Of a stretch of DNA of 64,000 nucleotides, positions 30,001-40,700 are shown one piece after another. The translations under genes and the position numbers were made by a program. How positions within the stretch are numbered: position 1 is the stretch's first letter; every line of letters begins with the position of its first letter. Source of the stretch: Paragordius varius (Eukaryota; Animalia; Nematomorpha); NCBI GenBank assembly GCA_964247055.1, contig OZ176056.1, positions 186,001 through 250,000 on the forward strand. The letters are read 5' to 3'. A model generated the notes under the pieces. The model was given only the letters and a program-made list of their open reading frames with translations. It was not told the origin of the DNA and did not search any database.

Positions 30001-32047
30001 ATGCCATAATTTATTTTGGGTAGCCCTATGGTAGTTCCATCATCACCTTAAATATTTTCGAGATCGGAGCATAAATGTAATTTTTATGAATTTTTTAAAT
30101 ATTTAAAAAATTTATTTTATACGATTTTAAAAATAAAAATGGCTACCTAAAATCCAAATTTGATCAGGTGATGTCGCCATAGTTTTTTTTGGGTAGCCCT
30201 ATGGTAGTTCCATCATCACCCCAAATATTTTCGAGATCGGAGTATAAATGTAATTTTTATGAATTTTTTAAATATTTAAAAAATTTATTTTATACGATTT
30301 TAAAAATAAAAATGGCTACCTAAAATCCAAATTTGATCAGGTGATGTCACCATAATTTTTTTTGGGTAGCCCTATGGTAGTTCCATCATCACCCCAAATA
30401 TAGTCGAGATCGGAGTATAAATGTAATTTTTTTGAATTTTTTAAATATTTAAAAAATTTATTTTATACGATTTTAAAAATAAAAATGGCTACCTAAAATC
30501 CAAATTTGATCAGGTGATGTCACCATAATTTTTTTGGGTAGCCCTATGGTAGTTCCATCATCACCCCAAATATTTTCGAGATCGGAGTATAAATGTAATT
30601 TTTATGAATTTTTTAAATATTTAAAAAATTTATTTTATACGATTTTAAAAATAAAAATGGCTACCTAAAATCCAAATTTGATCAGGTGATGTCACCATAA
30701 TTTTTTTTGGGTAGCCCTATGGTAGTTCCATCATCACCCCAAATATTTTCGAGATCGGAGTATAAATGTAATTTTTATGAATTTTTTAAATATTTAAAAA
30801 ATTTATTTTATACGATTTTAAAAATAAAAATGGCTACCTAAAATCCAAATTTGATCAGGTGATGTCACCATAATTTTTTTTGGGTAGCCCTATGGTAGTT
30901 CCATCATCACCCCAAATATAGTCAAGATCGGAGTATAAATGTAATTTTTTTGAATTTTTTAAATATTTAAAAAATTTATTTTATACGATTTTAAAAATTA
31001 AAATGGCTACCTAAAATCCAAATTTGATCAGGTGATGTCACCATAATTTTTTTGGGTAGCCCTATGGTAGTTCCATCATCACCCCAAATATTTTCGAGAT
31101 CGGAGTATAAATGTAATTTTTATGAATTTTTTAAATATTTAAAAAATTTATTTTATACGATTTTAAAAATAAAAATGGCTACCTAAAATCCAAATTTGAT
31201 CAGGTGATGTCACCATAATTTTTTTTGGGTAGCCCTATGGTAGTTCCATCATCACCCCAAATATTTTCGAGATCGGAATATGTAATTTTTATGAATTTTT
31301 TAAATATTTAAAAAATTTATTTTATACGATTTTAAAAATAAAAATGGCTACCTAAAATCCAAATTTGATCAGGTGATGTCACCATATTTTTTTTGGGTAG
31401 CCCTATGGTAGTTCCATCATCACCCCAAATATTTTGGAGATCGGACTATAAATGTAATTTTTATGAATTTTTTAAATATTTAAAAAATTTATTTTATACG
31501 ATTTTAAAAATAAAAATGGCTACCTAAAATCCAAATTTGATCAGGTGATGCCATAATTTTTTTTGGGTAGCCCTATGGTAGTTCCATCATCACCCCAAAT
31601 ATTTTCGAGATCGGAGTATAAATGTAATTTTTATGAATTTTTTAAATATTTAAAAAATTTATTTTATACGATTTTAAAAATAAAAATGGCTACCTAAAAT
31701 CCAAATGTGATCAGGTGATGTCGCCATAATTTTTTTTGGGTAGCCCTATGGTAGTTCCATCATCACCCCAAATATTTTCGAGATCGGAGTATAAATGTAA
31801 TTTTTATGAATTTTTTAAATATTTAAAAAATTTATTTATACGATTTTAAAAATAAAAATGGCTACCTAAAATCCAAATTTGATCAGGTGATGTCACCATA
31901 ATTTTTTTTGGGTAGCCCTATGGTAGTTCCATCATCACCCCAAATATTTTCGAGATCGGAGTATAAATGTAATTTTTATGAATTTTTTAAATATTTAAAA
32001 ATTTATTTTATACGATTTTAAAAATAAAAATGGCTACCTAAAATCCA
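1..32047. repeat. Tandem satellite DNA array A, 173-bp monomer, about 185 copies; runs off the left edge of the window
   Basis: ATGGCTACCTAAAATCC recurs at 8, 181, 354 and onward (period 173). Consensus: ATGGCTACCTAAAATCCAAATTTGATCAGGTGATGTC(A/G)CCATAATTTTTTTTGGGTAGCCCTATGGTAGTTCCATCATCACCCCAAATATTTT(GGGG/CGAG)ATCGGA(C/G)TATAAATGTAATTTTT(A/T)TGAATTTTTTAAATATTTAAAAAATTTATTTTATACGATTTTAAAAATAAAA. The last monomer breaks off after ...CCTAAAATCCA at 32047. Confidence 0.98.
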
Positions 32048-32951
32048 CTTCATTAACAACATTTTTTATCGTTCCCCATAATTGTTCTGAGCTACATCCA
32101 TTGTCCAATCTTCCTAATCTATCTTTGGTTTCTGTTCTAAAACTATTTGGAATGTTCCCAGTGTCATATCTGTATATCTGTTTAACCTTATTTTTAATTA
32201 TTTTAAGTTTGATTTTGGTTATTAAAAGCTCATGATCGCTAGAGCAATCGCTGCTTTTGCTTGTTTTGGTATCGATTATAGAGCTTTTCCATTTTTGAGG
32301 ACACATTATGTAATCAATTTGATTCTTATATTTACCACATGGAGAGGTCCATGTGTATAACCTCCTATTGTGTTGTGGAAACCATGTGTTGGTTATCATC
32401 ATCTCATTTTCTTGACGAAAATTGATCAGTGCTTCCCCGGCCTCGTTTCGTTCTCCCAATCCATATGGCCCGACTATTTGATCTACTCTACCTCTACCAA
32501 CTTTGCTGTTCCAATCCCCTCCTATGATAATCATATCTCCTTTCTTCGTTTCATCCAAAACTATTTGCAACGTTGCATAAAAGTCCTCTATGTCTTCTTT
32601 GGGAGCGTTTGACGTAGGAGCATAGACTACTATGTATGTAAATTTAAGTGGCTTGGCATTCAGCCTAATACTCATGATTCTGGGTGTATATGGTGTATAA
32701 CTAATGAGACTTTTATTTAATTTGTATTTTATTAATACTGCAACGCCTTCAGATTTCTGGTCATCTCTCCCCGATCTTAACAATGTATAATTTTCGTTTT
32801 GTACTTTCGCGCTACCTTTTTGCTTGGTTTCCGTTAGACCCAGTATATCTATGTTCAATCTTTCCATTTCCTTTTCAATTATCACCTGTTTGGTTGATGT
32901 TAAGGAACGTACATTCCAGCATCCAACTTTGAAAATTCTTGTTAAGTTCGT
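32048..32951 (-). pseudogene. Inverted 5' segment of the RTE ORF: apurinic-like (APE/EEP) endonuclease domain plus start of the linker
   Basis: ORF-track 32034-32885(-). The frame stays open upstream to 32951 and includes the N-terminal motif KVGCWNVRSL. Conserved motifs are DILGLTET, VYAPT, GDWNS, IDYI and SDH. The element sequence ends at ...GTIKNVVNE(V); the final residues (DFR*) are read from satellite A. Confidence 0.92.
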
Positions 32952-32968
32952 TTAGTAAAACTATTTTT

Positions 32969-33009
32969 TGGCAGTAATAAACGAGGGTGGTTTGCCATTG
33001 CCTTCCCTC
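32969..33009 (-). promoter_or_regulatory. Putative H-type RNA pseudoknot / conserved RTE 5'UTR motif
   Basis: The minus strand reads GAGGG-AAGGCAA-TGGCA-AACCA-CCCTC-GTTTATTAC-TGCCA, giving two crossing 5-bp stems (GAGGG/CCCTC and TGGCA/TGCCA). It resembles the Bov-A/BovB motif GGAGAAGGAAATGGCAACCCACTCCAGTATTCTTGCC (recalled from memory, not searched). Confidence 0.55.
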
Positions 33010-33103
33010 TCACTTACCCTCTTTACAAAAAATAAATATCTAGAATTATTAAAATTAAAGAGTAATCTTTATAAATGTTGTTAATTTGGATAAATTATAA
33101 ATA

Positions 33104-34725
33104 TTGAAAAAAGTGCAGAGAGTAAAGAGGAAAGATAACAAATGGATATCAGAAAAGAGTATAGAGATAGCAGAAAAGAGGAGAAAAGCTAAATCAAGAG
33201 GTGATAATAAAATGGTAAAATTATATAACAAAGAATTTCAACGACAAACAAGGAAGGATTACGAAGATTTTCTTAATAAACAATGTGGAAGTGGAATTAA
33301 ATAACAAAAAAGGATTAATGCAACCAATGTTCCAGAAACTGAAGCAAATGACTCATAAACCTTTTATATCATCACAAAAGATTAAAAAAGAGAATGGCAC
33401 CATATTGTGCAAACAAACAGAAGTACGAGAAAGATGGAAGGAATACACCCAAAAACTCTATCAGGCTCCTCAAACAAAGGTGTTGCAATTAAAAGAAGAA
33501 GAACGTGATCCAGATATATTAAGAGAGGAGGTTGAATTAGCCTTAAGACAAATTCCTAACAACAAAGCGATGGGATTAGACAATATCCCAATAGAGTTCA
33601 TAAAAGCTTTCCCGTTGAAAAGTTACACCAGTTATGTCAAAAGGTGTGGGAAACATGTGAGTGGCCAAACGATTGGGCATCATCTGTATATCTCCCAATA
33701 TATAAAAAAGGAGATGTACTCCAATGCGAGAATTATCGGAACATATCTCTTATTAGCCACGCTAGTAAGGTCTTACTAAAAGTAATACAAAACAGAATGC
33801 ACAGTATCATACAGACAGAAATACCAGAAAATCAAGCCGGATTTATGAAGGGAAAAAGCACAAGAGACCATATCTCAAACATGAGAAGGATAATGGAAAC
33901 ATCAAAAGAGTTCCAGAAAGAATTATACATGTGTTTTATTGATTACAGACAAGCATTCGATTCAATTAACTATGACTCCTTGTGGGAAACATTAAAGTTA
34001 GTAGGGGTATCGTCTCACTTAATAAGATTGATTAGCTCTCTGTATGTAAAACAAAGAGCGATTATTAGAACACCAGCGGGGGACACAGACGAAATACCAA
34101 TCTTGAAAGGAGTCAGACAAGGGTGTTGCTTATCCCCTTATCTGTTCAATATGTGCACAGAAATGATAATGAGGAAGTTGGATGGTAAAAATATTGGAGT
34201 AAGAATAGGAGGGAGAACAATCAATAATTTAAGGTTTGCAGACGATACCACTCTTATAGCTGAAAGTGCAAATGATTTGAAGGAATTGATTGAAGAGATT
34301 CGAAAGGAAAGTTTGAGGTATGGTCTTAGGCTTAATCCTAACAAAACCAAAATATTATGTACAGGAAAAAAGCCTACAATTATAATAGAAGGAATAGAAA
34401 TAGAAATAGTTAAACAGTTAACGTTTTTGGGCGCAATAATTTCAGAGGATGGGTCTTCAACTCCTGACATCAGAAAGAGAATAGGATTGGGTAGAGAAGC
34501 GATGACCAAATTAATAAAGATTTGGAAAAACAAAAGCGTAGGAGTTGAAACCAAAAAAAGATTACTCTACTGTTTCGTTCTCCCGGTCACCACATATGGA
34601 TGTGAGAGTTGGACTCTCAGAAAAAGGGACAAAGAAAGGCTCATGGCTTTTGAAAGGAGCTGCTGGCGTAGGATGCTAGGATACACCTGGAAGGATAAAA
34701 TTAAGAATGAAAGTCTAACTACAGA
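33104..34725 (+). pseudogene. Forward segment of the RTE ORF: linker, complete reverse transcriptase domain and start of the C-terminal region; two frameshifts; 3' truncated
   Basis: Three overlapping ORFs (33104-33304, 33285-33779, 33644-34912) join with frameshifts near 33286 (KQC/EVELNNK) and 33612 (IKAF/VEKLHQLCQKVWET). RT motifs are YRNISL, NQAGF, FIDYRQAFDSI, GVRQGCCLSPYLF, LRFADD and GLRLNPNKTK. Coding sequence gives way to (ATTTT)n at 34726. Confidence 0.93.
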
Positions 34726-35000
34726 ATTTTATTTTATTTTATTTTATTTTAATTTATTTTTATTTTATTTTATTTTATTTTATTTTATTTTATTTTATTT
34801 TATTTTATTTTATTTTATTTTATTTAATTTTATTTTATTTTATTTTATTTTATTTTATTTTATTTTATTTTATTTTAATTTATTTTATTTTATTTTATTT
34901 TATTTTATATAAATATAGTTATATTTTATTTTATTTTATTTTTATTTTATTTAGTTTTATTTTATTTTATTTTCATTTATTTTTATTTTATTTTATTTTA
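34726..35000. repeat. (ATTTT)n microsatellite, segment left of the gap
   Basis: Near-pure ATTTT pentamers start immediately after ...ACTACAGA, with one TATAAATATAGTTATA interruption at about 34908-34923. Confidence 0.97.
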
Positions 35001-35200
35001 NNNNNNNNNNNNNNNNNNNNNNNNNNNNNNNNNNNNNNNNNNNNNNNNNNNNNNNNNNNNNNNNNNNNNNNNNNNNNNNNNNNNNNNNNNNNNNNNNNNN
35101 NNNNNNNNNNNNNNNNNNNNNNNNNNNNNNNNNNNNNNNNNNNNNNNNNNNNNNNNNNNNNNNNNNNNNNNNNNNNNNNNNNNNNNNNNNNNNNNNNNNN
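35001..35200. other. Assembly/scaffolding gap (200 N)
   Basis: Exactly 200 consecutive N. The round number suggests a placeholder of unknown true size. Confidence 0.99.
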
Positions 35201-37708
35201 ATATTATTTTATTTTCTTTTATTTTATTATATTTTATTTTATTTTATATAAATATAGTTATATTTTATTTTATTTAATTTTATTTTATTTTATTTTATTT
35301 TATTTTATTTTATTTTATTTTATTTAATTTTATTTTATTTTATTTTATTTTATTTTATTTTATTTTATTTTATTTTATTTTATTTTATTATATTTTAATT
35401 TATTTTTATTTTATTTAATTTTAGTTTATTTTATTTTATTTTATTTTATTTTTTTATTTTATTTTATTTTATTTTATTTTATTTTATTTTATTTTATTTT
35501 ATTTTATTTTATTTTATTTTATTTTATTTTATTTTATTTTATTTTATTTTATTTTATTTTATTTTATTTTATTTTATTTTATTTTAATTTATTTTATTTT
35601 ATTTTATATAAATATAGTTATATTTTATTTTAATTAATTTTATTTTATTTTATTTTATATAAATATAGTTATATTTTATTTAATTTTAGTTTATTTTATT
35701 TTATTTTTTTATTTTATTTTATTTTATTTTATTTTATTTTATTTTATTTTATTTTATTTTATTTTATTTTATTTTATTTTATTTTATTTTATTTTATTTT
35801 ATTTTATTTTATTTTATTTTATTTTATTTTATTTAATTTTAATTTATTTTATTTTATTTTATTTTATATTAATTTATTTTATTTTATTTAATTTTATTTT
35901 ATTTTATTTTATTTTATTTTATTTTATTTTATTTTATTTTTATTTAATTTTAATTTATTTTATTTTATTTTATATAAATATAGTTATATTTTATTTTATT
36001 TAATTTTATTTTATTTTATTTAATTTTATTTTATTTTATTTTATTTTATTTTATTTTATTTTATTTTATTATATTTTAATTTATTTTTATTTTATTTAAT
36101 TTTAGTTTATTTTATTTTATTTTATTTTATTTTTTTATTTTATTTTATTTTATTTTATTTTATTTTATTTTATTTTATTTTATTTTATTTTATTTAATTT
36201 TATTTTTATTTTATTTTATTTTATATAAATATAGTTATATTTTATTTTATTTAATTTTATTTTATTTTATTTTATTTTATTTAATTTATTTAATTTTATT
36301 TTATTTTATTTTATTTTATTTTATTTTATTTTATTTTATTTTATTTTATTTTATTTTATTTTATTTTATTATATTTTAATTTATTTTTATTTTATTTAAT
36401 TTTATTTTATTTTATTTTATTTTATTTTATTATATTTTAATTTATTTTTATTTTATTTAATTTTATTTATTTAATTTTATTTTTTTATTTTATTTTATTT
36501 TATTTTATTTATTTTATTTTATTTTATTTTATTTTATTTTATTTTATTTTATTTTATTTTATTTTATTTTATTTTAATTTATTTTATTTTATTTTATTTT
36601 ATTTTATTTTTATTTAATTTTAATTTATTTTATTTTATTTTATTTTATTTTATTTTATTTTATTTTATTTTATTTTATTTTATTTTATTTTAATTTATTT
36701 TATTTTATTTTATTTTATTTTATAATAGTTATATTTTATTTTATTTAATTTTATTTTATTTTATTTTATTTTATTTTATTTTATTTTATTTTATTTAATT
36801 TATTTAATTTTATTTTATTTTATTTTATTTTATTTTATTTTATTTTATTTAATTTTATTTTATTTATTTTATTTTATTTTATTATATTTTAATTTATTTT
36901 TATTTTATTTAATTTTATTTTTATTTAATTTTATTTTTTTATTTTATTTAATTTTATTTTATTTTATTTTATTTTATTTTATTTTATTTTATTTTATTTT
37001 ATTTTATTTTATTTTATTTTATTTTATTTTATTTTATTTTATTTTATTTTATTTTATTTTATTTTATTTTATTTTATTTTATTTTTATTTTATTTTATTT
37101 TATTTTATTTTATATTAATTTATTTTATTTTTTTTTATTTTGTTTTATTTTATTTTATTTTCTATTAATTTATTTTATTTTATTTTAAATTAATTTATTT
37201 TATTTTATTTTATTTTATTTTATTTTATTTTATTTTATTTTATTTTATTTTATTTTATTTTATTTTAATTTATTTTTATTTTATTTAATTTTAATTTAAT
37301 TTATTTTATTTTATTTTATTTTATTTTATTTTATTTTATTTTATTTTATTTTATTTTTATTTTATTTAATATTAATTTATTTTATTTTATTTTATTTTAT
37401 TTTATTTTATTTTATTTTATTTTATTTTATTTTATTTTATTTTATTTTATTTTATTTTATTTTATTTTATTTTATTTTATTTTATTTTATTTTATTTTAT
37501 ATTAATTTATTTTATTTTATTTTATTTCATTTTATATTAATTTATTTTATTTTATTTTATTTTATTTTATTTTATTTTATTTTATTTTATTTTATTTTAT
37601 TTTATTTTATTTTATTTAATTTTAATTTATGTTATTTTATTTTATTTTATTTTATTTTATTTTATTTTATTTTATTTTATTTCATTTTATTTTATTTTAT
37701 TTTTATTT

Positions 37709-37778
37709 AATTTAATTTAATTTAATTTAATTTAATTTAATTTAATTTAATTTAATTTAATTTAATTTAATTTAATTT
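37709..37778. repeat. (AATTT)n sub-tract, about 14 units
   Basis: A pure AATTT run embedded in the ATTTT array. Confidence 0.9.
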
Positions 37779-40700
37779 TATTTTATTTTATTTTATTTTA
37801 TTTTTTTTTATATTAATTTATTTTATTTTATTTTATATTAATTTATTTTATTTTATTTTATTTTATTTTATTTTATTTTATTTTATTTTATTTTATTATA
37901 TTTTATTTTATTTTATTTTATTTTATTTTATTTTATTTTATTTTATTTTATTTTATTTTATTTTATTTTATTTTATTTTTATTTTATTTAATTTTAATTT
38001 ATTTTATTTTATTTTATTTTATTTTATTATATTTTAATTTATTTTTATTTTATTTAATTTTATTTTATTTTATTTTATTATATTATATTTTAATTTATTT
38101 TTATTTTATTTAATTTTATTTTATTTTATTTTATTTTATTTTATTTTATTTTATTTTATTTTTTTATTTTATTTTATTTTATTTTATTTTATTTTATTTT
38201 ATTTTATTTTATTTTATTTTATTTTATTTTAATTTATTTTATTTTATTTTATTTTATTTTATTTTATATAAATATAGTTATATTTTATTTTATTTAATTT
38301 TATTATATTTTATTTTATATAAATATAGTTATATTTTATTTTATTTTATTTTATTTTATTAAATTTTATTTTTATTTAATTTAATTTTATTTAATTTTAT
38401 TTTTATTTTATTTTATTTTATTTTATTTTATTTTATTTTATTTTATTTTATTTTATTTTATTTTATTTTATTTTATTTTATTTTATTTTATTTTATTTTA
38501 TTTTATTTTATTTTATTTTATTTTATTTTATTTTATTTTATTTTATTTTATTTTATTTTATTTTATTTTATTTTATGTTATTTTATTTATTTTATTTTAT
38601 TTTATTTTATTTTATTTTATTTTATTTTATTTTATTTTATTTTATTTTATTTTAATTTATTTTATTTTATTTTATTTAATTTTATTTTATTTTATTTTAT
38701 TTTATTTTATTATATTTTATTTTATTTTATTTTATTTTATTTTATTTTATTTTATTTTATTTTATTTTATTTTATTTTATTTTATTTTTATTTTATTTAA
38801 TTTTAATTTATTTTATTTTATTTTATTTTATTTTATTTTATTATATTTTAATTTATTTTTATTTTATTTTATTTTATTTTATTTTATTTTATTATATTAT
38901 ATTTTAATTTATTTTTATTTTATTTAATTTTATTTTATTTTATTTTATTTTATTTTATTTTATTTTATTTTATTTTATTTTATTTTTTTATTTTATTTTA
39001 TTTTATTTTATTTTATTTTATTATTTTATTTTATTTTATTTTATTTTATTTTATTTTATTTTATTTTATTTTATTTTAATTTATTTTATTTTATTTTATT
39101 TTATTTTATTTTATATAAATATAGTTATATTTTATTTTATTTAATTTTATTATATTTTATTTTATATAAATATAGTTATATTTTATTTTATTTTATTTTA
39201 TTTTATTAAATTTTATTTTTATTTAATTTTATTTTATTTAATTTTATTTTTATTTTATTTTATTTTATTTTATTTTATTTTATTTTATTTTATTTTATTT
39301 TATTTTATTTTATTTTATTTTATTTTATTTTATTTTATTTTATTTTATTTTATTTTATTTTATTTTATTTTATGTTATTTTATTTATTTTATTTTATTTT
39401 ATTTTATTTTATTTTATTTTATTTTATTTTATTTTATTTTATTTTAATTTATTTTATTTTATTTTATTTTATTTTATAATAGTTATATTTTATTTTATTT
39501 AATTTTATTTTATTTTATTTTATATAAATATAGTTATATTTTATTTTATTTTATTTTATTTAATTATATTTTATTTTATTTTATTTTATTTTATTTTTAT
39601 TTTATTTTATTTTATTTTATTTTATATTAATTTATTTTATTTTTATTTATTTTGTTTTATTTTATTTTATTTTATATTAATTTATTTTATATTAATTTAT
39701 TTTATTTTATTTTATTTTATTTTATTTTATTTTATTTTATTTTATTTTATTTTATAATAGTTATATTTTATTTTATTTAATTTTATTTTATTTTATTTTA
39801 TATAAATATAGTTATATTTTATTTTATTTTATTTTATTTAATTATATTTTATTTTATTTTATTTTATTTTATTTTATTTTATTTTATTTTTATTTAATTT
39901 TAATTTATTTTATTTTATTTTATTTTATTTTATTTTATTTTATTTTATTTTATTTTATTTTATTTTATTTTATTTTATTTTATTTTATTTTATTTTATTT
40001 TATTTTATTTTATTTTATTTTATTTTATTTTATTTTATTTTATTTTATTTTATTTTATTTTATTTTATTTTATTTTATTTTATTTTATTTTATTTTTATT
40101 TTATTTTATTTTATTTTATTTTATTTTATATTAATTTATTTTATTTTTATTTATTTTGTTTTATTTTATTTTATTTTATATTAATTTATTTTATATTAAT
40201 TTATTTTATTTTATTTTATTTTATTTTATTTTATTTTATTTTATTTTATTTTATTTTAATTTATTTTATTTTATTTTATATAAATATAGTTATATTTTAT
40301 TTTATTTTATTTTATTTTATTTTATTTTATTTTATTTTATTTTATTTTATTTAATTTTAATTTATTTTATTTTATTTTATTTTATTTTATATTAATTTAT
40401 TTTATTTTATTTAATTTTAATTTATTTTATTTTATTTTATTTTATTTTATTTTATTTTATTTTATTTAATTTTAATTTATTTTATTTTATTTTATTTTAT
40501 TTTATTTTATATAAATATAGTTATATTTTATTTTATTTTTATTTTATTTAATTTTAATTTATTTTATTTTATTTTATTTTATTTTATATAAATATAGTTA
40601 TATTTTATTTTATTTTATTTTATTATATTTTATTTTTATTTAATTTTATTTTATTTTATTTAATTTTATTTTATTTTATTTTATTTTATTTTATTTTATT

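Larger units (their letters stand above)
32048..34725. mobile_element. Rearranged non-LTR retrotransposon (LINE), RTE/BovB-like clade: 5' part inverted, 3' end truncated, non-functional copy
   Basis: An AP-endonuclease domain on the minus strand and linker plus RT on the plus strand together reconstruct one EN-RT ORF. RTE-type motifs include KWIS, W..CEWP.DW, NQAGF and the post-RT YGCESWTL...AFE..CWRRML..W.D...N. No target-site duplication is visible because the two flanks are different repeats. Confidence 0.93.

Noticed and set aside
1-32047. CRISPR array interpretation of the satellites
   Set aside because: There are no unique spacers: whole 173/178-bp units are near-identical, no cas genes are present, and the context is eukaryotic.
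32370-32612. 80-aa plus-strand ORF (MLWKPCVG...)
   Set aside because: Antisense shadow of the RTE endonuclease domain, with no independent motif.
32969-33060. Complete HDV-like ribozyme at the RTE 5' end
   Set aside because: Only a simple two-stem pseudoknot can be drawn. The P1/P1.1/P3/P4 nested fold and catalytic J4/2 cytosine could not be assigned by eye.
34138-34554. 138-aa minus-strand ORF (MVSTPTLL...)
   Set aside because: Antisense shadow of the RT domain.
32034-34912. Two independent genes (a nuclease and an RT) forming a novel divergent system such as a retron-like or defence module
   Set aside because: The two parts are consecutive pieces of one RTE ORF, with frameshifts and truncation. 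A rearranged LINE explains them fully.
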